NCBI GenBank assembly: GCA_002422525.1
Contig: DIWA01000086.1
Span: forward strand, 52,533 to 116,532
Direction: 5' to 3'
DNA: 64,000 bases
From: Candidatus Hydrogenedentes bacterium UBA6118
GTDB lineage: Bacteria > Hydrogenedentota > Hydrogenedentia > Hydrogenedentales > SLHB01
Shown piece after piece: positions 18,384 to 29,117 of the stretch. The notes beneath the pieces were generated by a model, which did no database searches, was not told the DNA's origin, and saw nothing but the letters and a program-made list of their open reading frames with translations. Numbering within the stretch: the stretch's first letter is position 1; every line of letters begins with the position of its first letter. A program made the translations under genes and the position numbers.

Positions 18384-20432
18384 TTAGCCGTCCGGCCGCG
18401 CGGCTCCGGCCGCCTCGGCCTCGGCCTCCGTTTCTCTGGCGAGGGTCTCCGGCGGGGTCAGGAACACCTCGCGGAGCGCGTGCCATGCGCGTTTGGGCGC
18501 GCCCTCGAAGTCGATGACCGAGGTGTTGACCGCGCAGGGGAAGCAGTCGTGGCCCATCCAGAGGAGGAACCCGCCGCAGCGGGGGAACCGCGCTTTGGTG
18601 AGGCGGGCGGCGGCGCTCAGCAGCGTCTCCTGGCGACGCTGCGACCACGCGACGTACTCGTCCAGCGACGCGGGCGCGCGCCCGGTCTCCGCGGCGAACG
18701 TGTGCCATTCGAGCCACCATGACGTGCGGTTCCACAGCGGGTTCTCTTCGGTCGGGGGCATGGCGGGGAGCTCGCCCCGATACCGCTCGATAAGGGCCGC
18801 GGGGGATGCGCCGGGCGCGCCGCACTCCGACCGAAACAGCGAGTCGTCGTTCTTCCAGTGGTCGATCCAGCTTGCCGGCGGGTCGCCCGGGTCCTCGCAG
18901 CGCCAGGGGCCGTGCGTGTCCCAGTGGAGTCCACGGCCCACGGCGCCTTTGGACGGGATGAAGGCGGGCCCCGACGGAGAGGCATGGACGAAGCGCCGCT
19001 CGGGATCCAACTCCCGCGCGACCTCGGCCAACGCGGCCAGCATGGGATGGTCCGGCGTGCAAGGGGCCTCGCCCCCGGTCGCGTTCCTCTCCATCAGCTC
19101 GTTCCCGCCGCACCAGAGCAGCAGGCAGGCGTGATGCTTCCGGCGTTCGATGTACGACCGCGCGATGCGGCGCAGCGCGGCGATGCTCGCCGGGTCGGAC
19201 GGCGGTGTGTTCTCCACGCCCGACGAACACAGCGGGAATTCCTGCCACACGAGCAGGCCCATCTCGTCGCACGCGTCGAAGAAGTCCGTTCGTTCCATGG
19301 CGGCTCCGCCCCATGCGCGAAGCGTGTTGGCCCCCATCTCGCGGTAGAGCGCGAGCCGGCTCCGCACCAGGTCGTCTGAGGCGTCGGCGAAGTTCGGCCG
19401 CACCGGCGTCCAGTTCACCCCCTGCAGAAACACGGGGCGGTCGTTCACGACGCAGATCCACGGGTCCGCTTCCGGCGGGGCGTCCTCGCAGGCGCGCCAT
19501 GCGATGCGCCGGAACCCGACGCGACGCGCGTCACGCCACAGCTCTGTCGCGTCCTGATCCAGGAGCTGCACTGACAGCCGATAAAGCGGTTGGTCGCCCA
19601 TGCCGTTCGGCCACCAGGGGCGCACCGGGAGGACGTCGAGCGCGACGCCCGCGGCGAACTCCCGCGCGGATCCCGACCATTCGCCGGCGCGGGCGCCCTC
19701 GGGGTCGGTTAGCGTCAGGCGCACGTTCAGCCCTTCGGGGAGCGCGTCGAAGCGCGCCGACACGGAGAGCGTTCCCCGGCCCGTCGCGGGGTCGTAATCC
19801 GTGCTGCTATCCAGTCGCTCGACTCGGGGCGAGCGGCGGTACTCGAGGCGCACGGCGTCCCAGACGCCCGTCTGCACGATGCGCGACACCCAGTCCCACG
19901 TGAAGTAGAACCGGGGTTTCCACTCGGTCATCCGCGAGGTGTATCCGTAGTGGCCCAGCCATCGCGGCGGCAGGTCGAACCCGAGGGTCAGCGTGTTCTC
20001 CGTGTCGCTATGCAGCAAGTCCGTCAGGTCGAAGGTATGCGGCGTGAAGGCCGTGTCGAAGGTCCCCGCCTCGACCCCGTTTACGAACACCCAGCCCTTG
20101 TGGTCCAGGCCCATGCAATGCAGCACGATGCGTTCGCCCGGTTCCGGCGGTCGCGGCAGGGCGAGCGAGGTCTCGAAGAACCACTGGCGGTTCTCCACCC
20201 ATTCGCAGCGCTGCGCGTTGAGGCCATGGTTCCAGTCCGGCAGCAGGCCCGCATCCAGCAACGCCTGGTGCACGCTGCCCGGGACCCGAGCGTCGACCGG
20301 GCGCACCGCCGCGGATCGCATGGGGTCATGGGGGTTCGGTCCGGTGATGCGCCATTGCTCGGGAGACAAGGCGAACAGCGCCCACTGCTGTCGACCCAGG
20401 TCAAAGCTGTTCTCAACGTCAGGTATGGTCAT
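18384..20432 (-). CDS. Glycoside hydrolase family 2 (beta-mannosidase / beta-galactosidase-like)
   Basis: GH2 sugar-binding, immunoglobulin-like and TIM-barrel segments (WWPNGMGDQPLY, VNDRPVFLQGVNWTP, LLVWQEFPL...WCGGNE). Start at MTIPDVENSF. Confidence 0.8.
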   Translation of the reverse strand: MTIPDVENSFDLGRQQWALFALSPEQWRITGPNPHDPMRSAAVRPVDARVPGSVHQALLDAGLLPDWNHGLNAQRCEWVENRQWFFETSLALPRPPEPGERIVLHCMGLDHKGWVFVNGVEAGTFDTAFTPHTFDLTDLLHSDTENTLTLGFDLPPRWLGHYGYTSRMTEWKPRFYFTWDWVSRIVQTGVWDAVRLEYRRSPRVERLDSSTDYDPATGRGTLSVSARFDALPEGLNVRLTLTDPEGARAGEWSGSAREFAAGVALDVLPVRPWWPNGMGDQPLYRLSVQLLDQDATELWRDARRVGFRRIAWRACEDAPPEADPWICVVNDRPVFLQGVNWTPVRPNFADASDDLVRSRLALYREMGANTLRAWGGAAMERTDFFDACDEMGLLVWQEFPLCSSGVENTPPSDPASIAALRRIARSYIERRKHHACLLLWCGGNELMERNATGGEAPCTPDHPMLAALAEVARELDPERRFVHASPSGPAFIPSKGAVGRGLHWDTHGPWRCEDPGDPPASWIDHWKNDDSLFRSECGAPGASPAALIERYRGELPAMPPTEENPLWNRTSWWLEWHTFAAETGRAPASLDEYVAWSQRRQETLLSAAARLTKARFPRCGGFLLWMGHDCFPCAVNTSVIDFEGAPKRAWHALREVFLTPPETLARETEAEAEAAGAARPDG

Positions 20433-20648
20433 GGTGATCCTCTTCTGCTTTTCATTGAGCCGATGCGATACTCCCATAGTCCCCAGATGCCGCGGTTGAG
20501 CGCACGCCGTAGAGCGTGCGCGAGAGGTCGGTAGCGACGCCTGCGGCGACGGGCGAGTCGTTCACGCCCCAGCTTGGGAAGGGGTTGTGGAGGCTGTTCT
20601 CGAAGGTCCGGGGCCCCTGTACCTGGCGCAAGCATGAAACCCGGACCA

Positions 20649-23600
20649 TCAGCGTTCGCGGGACTCCAGACGTCTCCGCGCCTCTCCGGGCTGGTCAAGC
20701 GCTCCTGCCGCGGCGGGATCGTCCACGGTAGTCATGCAGAGGGCACGGAGCGCTGGACCTACGGTAAACAGCTGAGGCCGGTTGGCATTGCCTGACTGTT
20801 CGGATATCGCATAGGGATACAGGTAGCCGGCGCCGCCGACAACCGGTGTTTGGCTGGCGTCGTCTACGATACGGTCCACGAGGTCCTGGCGGGCCGATGG
20901 CAAGCTCCATGCGATTTCGGCCATGCCGAAGGTGGTGTTCGCCCAAGCTTCGTCACGATAGGCTGCCTGCAGGCAGGCTTCCTTGACGCTTGCGTCGAAT
21001 GGCAGGTGGGCCTCAGAAGGCAGGGTCAACGCCCAGATGTAATCGAAGCCAATGTTCTCCCAATCATAGTCAATGTCCTCGTAACCGTCCTCGTTGTGGG
21101 CGACCCCGGCGATATACCTGCCCTTATCCTCTCTCCAGAGACGCTCTTGGATGTTGCGCCTGAGCACGCGCGCTTTCCGGCGGAACTCAGCGGCATCTTT
21201 GTCGAGCCCCCGGTATTCGGCGATTTCCGCCATCATGCTGTAGTTGGCGTGGAACAGCACGTTTACATAGAAACTGACGACGAAGCGAAACCGTTTTCCC
21301 GTCGTCGGAGACCGGTACCATGTGGGCACGCCCGGCCAGCCCGACCCCTCAATAGTAATGTCCGCCTCGTTTATGAGGATCTCGACAAACATGTCAGTCT
21401 CGGGGTCAAAATAGCGCACATTGCGCTCGGAATGCGGATCCCACGTCAGCCCTTCACGGTAGTAGTCCAGTGTGTCGCGCATCAGCCGATACCGATCGCC
21501 GGAGACCCAGCGGTCGTCATCGAGCGTTTTCCATGCAGTGTATAGGGACCAGATGCCATAGAACGCCGAGTCTACCTGCGAGTACATCGTAGGGCCGCCG
21601 CCGCTCTGACGGTGATTGTAGAACACGTCCCACCATCGGTGCGGCCCGTTGACGAGGTCGGCTTCCATGTAGTTGCTTGCTACGAGCGCGGCATGAACCG
21701 GCAAGTACTCTTCGTGGAGACCCAGGGCCGCCAAGTGCAGTTTTGCGATGGATCCATCTCGAATCCAACTGTTGTAATAACCGGGCGTACCCGTAGAGAA
21801 GAAGTGCTGTGCGGCTGGACATGCAGCGGTTGCTCCGTTGGGGGCAAGCAGCATCCGCGCCTCGACCAGGTTGGCGCGCAGCACGGCGTCTTCCTTAGGG
21901 CTCAGCCGGGACAGATCGCAGCCGAGTTGAGCCTCGATCCTCCTGTACGCGTTCGTCAGATAGGTTGCCCAGTATGCGTCCGTTGTTTCTTTCCAGTCTT
22001 CAAACGTCCTCGAGCCGGCTTCCGTCATAGCGGATTCAAGTGCTGCTGGGTTATCCGCGAAGGCATATGCCAACGTGATGCTGCGCGGCTCGGTGACAAG
22101 ATGTTCCGCGAAGAATGCTTTGCCCGTGTTCACAGTCTTTTCGGCGCGGTTGTCCAAGTCGGCGAAACTGGCTTGTATGCGCTCGACGATGGCGTTGTCA
22201 GTTCCTTTGTCCGTGATGGTAACGGCTGATGGTGCGTCAAGGAACAAGAGTCCGCTGGCCGGTGCGTGACCAGCCTGGGGGTCATCCCACGCGTTCTCGT
22301 ATGTCTGAAGGAACATGTCTCGCTGCGTATCGAGGGCGTAGATGCCGCGACCGAAGTCGAAAGGCTGGCCGGGGCGCGGAGGGTCCGGTCTGAGGTAGAC
22401 CATGCTCTCGGTGTCATCGGCAAAGACTCGGGTCCGGAATTTGTAGTTGCCCCCGACCTTGTCCGTCCATCGGTAGAGCACAGTGCTGGATTCCGGGGGC
22501 GCCAGAATCTCCAGGGTGCGCGGCGCCGAGGCGCCCCCGGCCGTGTCCGACTCGAACTCGTAGGCCAGTTTCATATACCAGGGCTTCTTCGTCACGCCCG
22601 CGAGCCGGGTTGTGTCGAGGCCTCGCAGAGCGCCGTCAGCAAGCGTGACGGAGAAGAACAAGTCGCCGTCAAGCCCGTTGACATAGTGGTGGCTCTGGGG
22701 CGCCCAAGGCGGTTCGGCGCCCAGAAAAGGACGGTGGCGGAAACGCTGGAAGTTCCAGTTGTCGTTGACCTGGAAGAAGCCCACGCCATCCCTCATGCTG
22801 AAACTGGTGCTAACCGTTTTAGCGTGTATCGGCTCCCCTACTGTCTCCGGCGCTCCGTCGTCGGAACCCTTCGATGGCTCAGAGACCGGAAACCATGGGA
22901 CCTCCAGCGAGCGCGGCTCCGCTCGATGCGCGTAGCGTTCCCGCCAACGGGCAAATCGCTCACGTGTTACGTCCGCGGCGGGTTTGGGCGTCAGGTCCAG
23001 GCGATACAGCCCGTACATGCTCTCCTCGGGCGTGAGCCAACCGCTCTCGCGCGCGGGGAACGTGTGCAGGATCCACGGCATCGCGCCCGCCAGTCGGTAC
23101 TTCTCGACCGCCTCGTAGATGATTTCGTAGAGCCGGGCCTGCTCCGCCTCCGTGCCGGGAGCGTGGCTGAGTCGATCCGCCCACGCGGCGCCGGCGCCGT
23201 GTTCCGGGTCGCGGGCGGTCGAGATGCCGAACTCGCCGATGAGCAGGGGCCGGTCGCCGCCGTGGCGTCGGAAGTCTTCGACCACGGTCCCCACGCGCGC
23301 CGGGCCTTGCTCGTACATCTGTTCCTTCGGCGCGTAGTTGTGATATTGCAGCACGTCGGGCAGCCCCAGCGGCGCGAGCAGATCGATCCGCCACCCCAGG
23401 CCGACGGTCGTCAGGTGGTTCGGATCCACCGTCTTGATCCAACGCATCGACTCGGCCAGGTACCCGGTGACGGCCTCGTTGCCGCTGAAGTCGCTGTGGT
23501 CCGCCGCGTCCGCCGGGGCGTGGCGTTCGGGCTCGTTCATCAGGTCCCACATGAGGACGCGGCCGTCGTCCTTGAACCGTTCGGCGAAGGCGCCCATGGC

Positions 23601-24041
23601 GCGTTTCCACTTCGCCTCCTCAGGGATGCGCGGTTGGCGCTCGTGGTACTCGAACGAGAAGCAGAGGACGGCGCGGATGCCGCGCTCCCACGCGATTTCC
23701 AGGAACCGGTCGACCTTCTCAAGGTAGGCGGGATCCACGGTCCCGTCGGCGTCGACGAGTCCGTACTTCTCGGCCTTCTCGTCCCAAATCAGGAAGGTGC
23801 GGACGGCGTTGATGTGAAGATCGGCGGCGAGCGCCATGTCGCGCTCGAGGACAGACTCCGGCGTGAACGCCCAGAACTCGCTCCATGGCGTCTCCTGTGG
23901 GTAGTAGTTCACGCCGCGGACGGACAGCGGCTGCAGCTCACGGATGAGGGGGGCCGGTTGCGCGGCCGCGTCTGCGTAGGACGGCGTCGCGGTGAGGAGC
24001 ATGCCGGCCAGCAGCGCGGTGACAATGCATTCGTTCAGCAC
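20649..24041 (-). CDS. Large secreted multi-domain glycoside hydrolase: N-terminal GH5 (clan GH-A) catalytic domain plus about 700-aa C-terminal domain of uncertain, possibly (alpha/alpha)6-like, fold
   Basis: Sec signal (GTG start with GGAGG RBS; LNECIVTALLAGMLLTATPSYA/DAAA). GH5 hallmarks VRGVNYYP...VRTFLIW...MWDLMNEP...LLIGEFG. The long C-terminal region has no family I can assign. Confidence 0.7.
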   Translation of the reverse strand: MLNECIVTALLAGMLLTATPSYADAAAQPAPLIRELQPLSVRGVNYYPQETPWSEFWAFTPESVLERDMALAADLHINAVRTFLIWDEKAEKYGLVDADGTVDPAYLEKVDRFLEIAWERGIRAVLCFSFEYHERQPRIPEEAKWKRAMGAFAERFKDDGRVLMWDLMNEPERHAPADAADHSDFSGNEAVTGYLAESMRWIKTVDPNHLTTVGLGWRIDLLAPLGLPDVLQYHNYAPKEQMYEQGPARVGTVVEDFRRHGGDRPLLIGEFGISTARDPEHGAGAAWADRLSHAPGTEAEQARLYEIIYEAVEKYRLAGAMPWILHTFPARESGWLTPEESMYGLYRLDLTPKPAADVTRERFARWRERYAHRAEPRSLEVPWFPVSEPSKGSDDGAPETVGEPIHAKTVSTSFSMRDGVGFFQVNDNWNFQRFRHRPFLGAEPPWAPQSHHYVNGLDGDLFFSVTLADGALRGLDTTRLAGVTKKPWYMKLAYEFESDTAGGASAPRTLEILAPPESSTVLYRWTDKVGGNYKFRTRVFADDTESMVYLRPDPPRPGQPFDFGRGIYALDTQRDMFLQTYENAWDDPQAGHAPASGLLFLDAPSAVTITDKGTDNAIVERIQASFADLDNRAEKTVNTGKAFFAEHLVTEPRSITLAYAFADNPAALESAMTEAGSRTFEDWKETTDAYWATYLTNAYRRIEAQLGCDLSRLSPKEDAVLRANLVEARMLLAPNGATAACPAAQHFFSTGTPGYYNSWIRDGSIAKLHLAALGLHEEYLPVHAALVASNYMEADLVNGPHRWWDVFYNHRQSGGGPTMYSQVDSAFYGIWSLYTAWKTLDDDRWVSGDRYRLMRDTLDYYREGLTWDPHSERNVRYFDPETDMFVEILINEADITIEGSGWPGVPTWYRSPTTGKRFRFVVSFYVNVLFHANYSMMAEIAEYRGLDKDAAEFRRKARVLRRNIQERLWREDKGRYIAGVAHNEDGYEDIDYDWENIGFDYIWALTLPSEAHLPFDASVKEACLQAAYRDEAWANTTFGMAEIAWSLPSARQDLVDRIVDDASQTPVVGGAGYLYPYAISEQSGNANRPQLFTVGPALRALCMTTVDDPAAAGALDQPGEARRRLESRER

Positions 24042-24202
24042 GAGGACCTCCGAGAGGCGAGCCGCCCTGCGCGTGGGCGGCGGGCGACGGTGGCGAGTAG
24101 ACGACACGGGCGGGACGTGAGCCGCCCCAGACTGCGACTCACGTCCCGCGAGAGAGAGGGGATGGCGACAAGAGATCCGGTTGATGCCGGACAGGTCTCC
24201 GG

Positions 24203-25348
24203 TCAGCCGCTGCCGGCCATCGACGAGACCTGGTACACGAAGAAGTCCGTCCGCACCCAGTTCAGGGTCGGATCCGACGTCTGGGGTCCGCCCATCGGAT
24301 AGCCCTCGCGGAACCGGACAAAGCCCACGTGGCCGTCCATGTACAGCACGTTGGAGCCGCCCGGGATGTGATTGAACAAGACGGTGGCGTTCGAGCCGGA
24401 GCTGCCGCCCCATTCCTCGCCGACCGTGATGCCGGCCGAGTTCGGCCCCGAGATCGCGTCGAACATGACGGCAATCTCACTCTGCGCGGTCGTGCTCGCG
24501 GCCGGATTGTTGATGTCCGTGATCAGGAACCGCTCGATGCCTTCCTTCAAGCGCGGGTAGGAGGTGGGCAGGGACTGACCGTCATCGTCCGGTAAGGTCC
24601 AGTACGCGTTGCCGTCGCCGTACATGGCCCGCAGTACCGTCGAGCTCACGTCATCGTTGTGGACTTTCGTCACGTAGTCGATGATCGCGAAGTCGCCGTA
24701 CGGATGGTCCGTCTCCCAACCCATGCAGGCGCCGTTCATGTCCGGCGACAACCAACGGGTGTGCTGGCCCGTCAGGCCGTAGGCGTCGAACTGCGTCCAT
24801 CCCGGGATCCCTGCGTAGCCGTAGCCCGAGAACTGGCCGATCGAAACGAACCAGCCGAGTTGCGCGTTCGTTCGCATGAGGTAGGGGATATAGGCGTAGG
24901 AGTTGGGCGACGACAAGACGGCATACGTGCAGGGCATGGCAGCCGGGCCGCGCGACAGCGAATCCTCGAGCACCTCTTCGGCGTTGTCGGGTGCTTGGCG
25001 TCCCCACCAGCCGTCACGGGGCCGAACGCGGCTGTCCGACGGGCAGATGCGGATCGCGGGATCGTTCCAGTAGTCCGGATAGAGCGCGTGGGCGCCGAGC
25101 CCGGCGTTCATGTAGTTCATCTCGTTGACGTACTGCTGCCCGGGGGGAAACGATCCATCCTTGGCCTCGCCTGAGTACATCTTGAAGATCAGGCCGAACT
25201 GCTTGAGGTTGTTCGCGCAGGATGCGCGACGGGCCGCCTCGCGGGCCCGCGCCAACGCGGGCAACAGGATGGCCGCCAGAATGGCGATGATGGCAATGAC
25301 CACCAACAGCTCAATGAGGGTGAACCCTCTGGCACGTGAGTACCGCAT
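24203..25348 (-). CDS. DUF1559 / H-X9-DG protein with prepilin-type N-terminal methylation motif
   Basis: [50 protein letters not shown] plus the C-terminal [17 protein letters not shown] (H-X9-DG). AAAGGAG RBS. Confidence 0.85.
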   Translation of the reverse strand: MRYSRARGFTLIELLVVIAIIAILAAILLPALARAREAARRASCANNLKQFGLIFKMYSGEAKDGSFPPGQQYVNEMNYMNAGLGAHALYPDYWNDPAIRICPSDSRVRPRDGWWGRQAPDNAEEVLEDSLSRGPAAMPCTYAVLSSPNSYAYIPYLMRTNAQLGWFVSIGQFSGYGYAGIPGWTQFDAYGLTGQHTRWLSPDMNGACMGWETDHPYGDFAIIDYVTKVHNDDVSSTVLRAMYGDGNAYWTLPDDDGQSLPTSYPRLKEGIERFLITDINNPAASTTAQSEIAVMFDAISGPNSAGITVGEEWGGSSGSNATVLFNHIPGGSNVLYMDGHVGFVRFREGYPMGGPQTSDPTLNWVRTDFFVYQVSSMAGSG

Positions 25349-25656
25349 TGCATAGGCTCCTTTCATCTGATTTGCCAAACCGGTCTGCGCACTGCGTGGG
25401 GTGTCCGGCGCCCCTGGCGCATTGCTGCCTTGGCACGTTGTGCCGATCCCGACGATACCAGAGTCCGCTTGTCGCGGAGCGCACGATTGTGCATTTCTTA
25501 GGTCGTTCTGTGCAGAATGCCGCGATGCCAGGCGCAAACTGGTCGAGATCGGCGGCTGACTTGCTCGGATTTCGCCCGATCGCGCACAATGGCGCTTTGT
25601 AAGGCGTCTGCGCGTCGTTGCCGCGGCGCGCGGTAAAGCATGGGAGAGGAGCGGGG

Positions 25657-26856
25657 ATGTTCGGTCGCACAAGCGTGCTGTTCGCCGTCGAGTGGTACGA
25701 CTACGAGATCAACGCGGGCGTCGCCGCCTACGCCCGCGAGGCGGGGTGGATCCTCAGCGACGCCATCACCTATTGCGACTTGCAGGGGCGGCTCATGCAG
25801 CCCTATCGCGGCTGGTCCGGTCAGGGCGTCATCACGCTCATCAACCATCCGGACTCGCCGCTCGCGCGGTACGTGACCAGCCTGGACGTTCCTGTTGTGG
25901 ATCTCGTGGACGAGGCTGCGGAGCTTCCGTTCAGTCGGGTCATCGCCGACAATCGGGCTATCGGCGCCATGGCCGCCGAGCACCTCATGGACCTCGGGCT
26001 CGAGCATCTGGCATTTCAGCGTCTATTTGGAGCGCGCGTGACCGACGGACGCCTTGCGGGCTTCCAGGAGGCGGCGGCGAAGGCAGGGAAGACCTTTCAC
26101 CTGGTCGACTTCACGCGGTCGCCCCGCGGGCTGAACGCCGACGTCGCGCTGATACCGTGGCTGGCCGAGCAGCTCGCCCGGATCCCCACGCCCTTCGGGT
26201 TGATGATGCAGCACGACGGCGAGAGCATGATCTCGTTCTCCGCATGTCAGATGGCGGGGCTTGCGATTCCGAGGGACGCGGCGATCATCGGCGTGGACAA
26301 CAACGAGCTGGCGTGCGAACTGGGGCCGATCGGCCTCACCAGCATCGACCGGAACCGGAGGCGGCATGGCTACGAGGCGGCCGCGGCGCTGGACCGGCTG
26401 CTCCACGGCGCGCCCCCGCTCGAGGAGCCGATCCTCATCCCGCCGCGCGAGGCGGTGGTTCGGGAGAGCACGGATACGCTCACCTTTCAAGACCCGGAGA
26501 TGCTGCGCGCCGTGCGGTTCCTGCGAGGGAACTTCCGCGACCCGGACGTCGGCGTCGACGACATCGTCCAAGCCTCGGGCCTCTCGCGCAGGAAGGCGTA
26601 CTATCTCTTCAAGCAGCATTTCGGTCGCGGGCTGCAGGAAGAGCTGACCCATCTGCGCCTGGAAGAAGCGCGCCGTCTTCTCGCGACCACCAACATGAAG
26701 GTGTTCGCCGTGGCCATGGAGGCGGGCTTCGCCAGCGAACGCCAGCTCGCGCGCGCGTGCAAGGCGGAGCTTGGGATGTCGCCCCGCGCCTACCGGGAGC
26801 GCTGCGCCGCGCCCAAGGCAGGCCGCGCCGCCATACAGCGCGACGCCCGGCGGTGA
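25657..26856 (+). CDS. XylR-like AraC-family transcriptional regulator (periplasmic-binding-protein-like sensor plus AraC HTH)
   Basis: N-terminal sugar-binding-fold region and C-terminal AraC HTH ([22 protein letters not shown]...[28 protein letters not shown]). Confidence 0.75.
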   Translation: MFGRTSVLFAVEWYDYEINAGVAAYAREAGWILSDAITYCDLQGRLMQPYRGWSGQGVITLINHPDSPLARYVTSLDVPVVDLVDEAAELPFSRVIADNRAIGAMAAEHLMDLGLEHLAFQRLFGARVTDGRLAGFQEAAAKAGKTFHLVDFTRSPRGLNADVALIPWLAEQLARIPTPFGLMMQHDGESMISFSACQMAGLAIPRDAAIIGVDNNELACELGPIGLTSIDRNRRRHGYEAAAALDRLLHGAPPLEEPILIPPREAVVRESTDTLTFQDPEMLRAVRFLRGNFRDPDVGVDDIVQASGLSRRKAYYLFKQHFGRGLQEELTHLRLEEARRLLATTNMKVFAVAMEAGFASERQLARACKAELGMSPRAYRERCAAPKAGRAAIQRDARR

Positions 26857-26902
26857 CCTCCACAGGACGTCCAGCGGCGGAACGTCGGTCTGGATACGCC
26901 CT

Positions 26903-27649
26903 CTACGGAACGGCGGCGCGGGCGGCCTCGAGCAGGATCTCCTCCGTGACCTCCTCGTACCACGTCTGCACGAGCTCGCCTTCGCCGTTCAGGAGGAAGG
27001 TGGCGGGGAGCGCCCCGTCCCAGTCCGTCTCGAATGGCAAGGCGGCGACCAAGGCCTCCGGGTCGGCCGTGTCGATGGAGTAGACCGGGAACGCGGCGTC
27101 CAGGTCGCGCAGGAGCGGACGCACGCCGTCCTCGATGTCGCTGAGGATTGCCGCACTGAGGAAGCCGATTCCTTCATCGGACGCCGTCTTGTGGAACGCC
27201 ACGAGCTCGGGCATCTCGGCGATACAGGGCGCACACCACGTCGCCCAGAAGTTGATCACCAGCGGCGCTTCCGCGTGGGCGCGCACGCGTTCGGCGAAGG
27301 CCTCCGGCGACACCGTCTCGATCACGGGTTCGGCGGCAGACGCGGGCGTGGTCGATTCCTCGTCAGTCGGCGCTGCATCCGGCGCCGCTGTGTCAGCCGC
27401 TGTGTCAGTCGGCGGATCGCTCTGTGCGCTCTGTGCCGTCTCAGGCGCGCCGTCCGGGGGCGTCGCGGGCTGTTCCGGCGCGCTGCAACCGAAGAGGGCG
27501 AGCACCGCGGTCAGCCCCAGCAACAGCGCGACGGGGGGACGGGAGCCCGCAGGCCGCAGGGTCGGCCGAAAATGGCCGGAGCGCCGGGAGACCGGCCCCC
27601 CGACGCTCCAACCCGCAAGCGCATTCGTATGCGAGTTTGCGATAGGCAT
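26903..27649 (-). CDS. TlpA-like thiol-disulfide oxidoreductase lipoprotein (thioredoxin fold)
   Basis: Lipobox LALFGC and the WATWCAPC active site. Confidence 0.7.
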   Translation of the reverse strand: MPIANSHTNALAGWSVGGPVSRRSGHFRPTLRPAGSRPPVALLLGLTAVLALFGCSAPEQPATPPDGAPETAQSAQSDPPTDTAADTAAPDAAPTDEESTTPASAAEPVIETVSPEAFAERVRAHAEAPLVINFWATWCAPCIAEMPELVAFHKTASDEGIGFLSAAILSDIEDGVRPLLRDLDAAFPVYSIDTADPEALVAALPFETDWDGALPATFLLNGEGELVQTWYEEVTEEILLEAARAAVP

Positions 27650-27700
27650 GCTGCGCGTATTCCTTACGTCTTGCGTCTTCTCTCGGCCAGACCGCCCCGG

Positions 27701-28330
27701 CTATCGCTGGATGTTGCAGCCGAAGGCCTTGGTTTCCGTCGGCTCCACGGCTTCCCCGGCGAGCAGGGCGTCGACCGTCTTGCGGATGTAGTTGGTCTCG
27801 CCCTTCTCGGAGTCGGGCCGCTTGCTGTCGTCGAACGCGCCGTGGTAGACGAGCGTGCCCTCCGTGTCGACGATGTAGACCTCCGGGGTGCGCGTCGCGC
27901 CGAGCTTGTCCGCGTAGGCGTGGCCCTCATCGTTCAGAATCGGCACGCTCAGCTCGTGCTCCTCCGCGTACGCCCTAATGTCGTCCGGCGTGGTCGCATC
28001 GTTGGCGTCGATGCTGAGTATGACCACGTCCTCCTCCGCGTACTCCTCGGCGATCTCCGTCAACTCCGGATCAACGCGACGCGAGAAGGGGCAATGCTGC
28101 GAGCTGAAGTTGAGCACTACGATCTTGCCCTGGTAATCGGATAGCGTGTGGGACTCCCCGTTCACGTCGGTCATCGTGAAATCGGGGAGTTTCGTCCCGA
28201 TCTCGGGCGTCTCGAGCTTATCCGCCGAGACGCTTCCCGAGGCCAGGTAGCCGCCGATCGTCGCCGCGCCCGCGATCGCGACCACGGCGAGCAGCGCCAG
28301 TCCGGTCTTTCCTGAGGAACAGAAGCACAT
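27701..28330 (-). CDS. Redoxin / AhpC-TSA family thiol-disulfide oxidoreductase, membrane-anchored or secreted
   Basis: TM/signal segment, then [15 protein letters not shown] (CxxS-type active site) with a thioredoxin-fold C-terminus. Confidence 0.65.
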   Translation of the reverse strand: MCFCSSGKTGLALLAVVAIAGAATIGGYLASGSVSADKLETPEIGTKLPDFTMTDVNGESHTLSDYQGKIVVLNFSSQHCPFSRRVDPELTEIAEEYAEEDVVILSIDANDATTPDDIRAYAEEHELSVPILNDEGHAYADKLGATRTPEVYIVDTEGTLVYHGAFDDSKRPDSEKGETNYIRKTVDALLAGEAVEPTETKAFGCNIQR

Positions 28331-28499
28331 ACATGGCCCTCCTTTGGAGTCGGATCTACCCCACCCCGCGCGCCTTCCGTCTGGAGGGGAAACACGGCAG
28401 CGAGACGGGATATTGCGCGGAGTCGGAATAACGGGACGCACAAGAGTTGTCTCTGGTTACACCCGATCCCGGAACCGCACCACCCAAGGGAGCCGCGCT

Positions 28500-29117
28500 A
28501 TGAGCAATGCCATCGACCATGTGCTTGACGAGACGCGAGAGTTCACCCCGCACCCCGAGTTCGCCCAACGGGCCGCGATCACATCGGAGGCGGAGTACGA
28601 GGCGATGTACCGTTGGTCCATCGAACAGCCCGAGGCGTTCTGGGCGGAGGCCGCGGCGGAGCTGCACTGGTTTCGCAAATGGGACCGCGTGCTGAACGAC
28701 GACAACGCCCCTTTCTACAAGTGGTTCGAAGGGGGATTGACCAACATTTCGTACAACTGCCTCGATCGCCATCTGGACGGGTGGCGCAAGAACAAGGCCG
28801 CGATCATCTGGGAGGGCGAGCCCTGCGGTGGGCGGCGTATCCTGACGTATCGCGAGCTGCACCGCCTCGTGTCGAAGTTCGCCAACGCGTTGCGGAATCT
28901 CGACGTTCGCAAAGGCGATCGCGTCGCCATCTATCTGCCCATGATTCCCGAGCCGGCCATCGCCATGCTGGCGTGCGCGCGCATCGGGGCGGTGCATAGC
29001 ATCGTCTTCGGCGGGTTCCTTCGCTCTCTCGGGGATCGTCGCCGGCGCGTTGCTACGCCGCCTGTACCGTTCCTCTGCAACGGGGCTGTCGCCGACCGGA
29101 GCCCTGCTTGGTCATGA
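28500..29117 (+). pseudogene. acs: Acetyl-CoA synthetase remnant: N-terminal fragment of about 175 aa, truncated
   Basis: Strong Acs identity through YNCLDRHL...AAIIWEGE...[13 protein letters not shown]...[35 protein letters not shown]. After GGF the frame degenerates ([12 protein letters not shown]...) and stops inside the 3' end of the opposite-strand cfa gene. The remaining 450 aa or so of Acs are absent in all frames. Confidence 0.6.

Noticed and set aside
22266-24302. 678-aa plus-strand ORF antisense to the GH5 multi-domain gene, and similar antisense ORFs at 8870-10027, 10102-11448, 12368-13852, 13744-15039, 34066-35592, 36341-37417, 37506-38867, 39002-40117, 40977-42671, 42424-43866, 51799-52896, 53068-54783, 55844-56941, 56919-58643, 59378-60286
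   Set aside because: All are antisense or alternate-frame to genes with strong family-level motifs. All show the Arg/Pro-rich composition of non-coding frames in GC-rich sequence.
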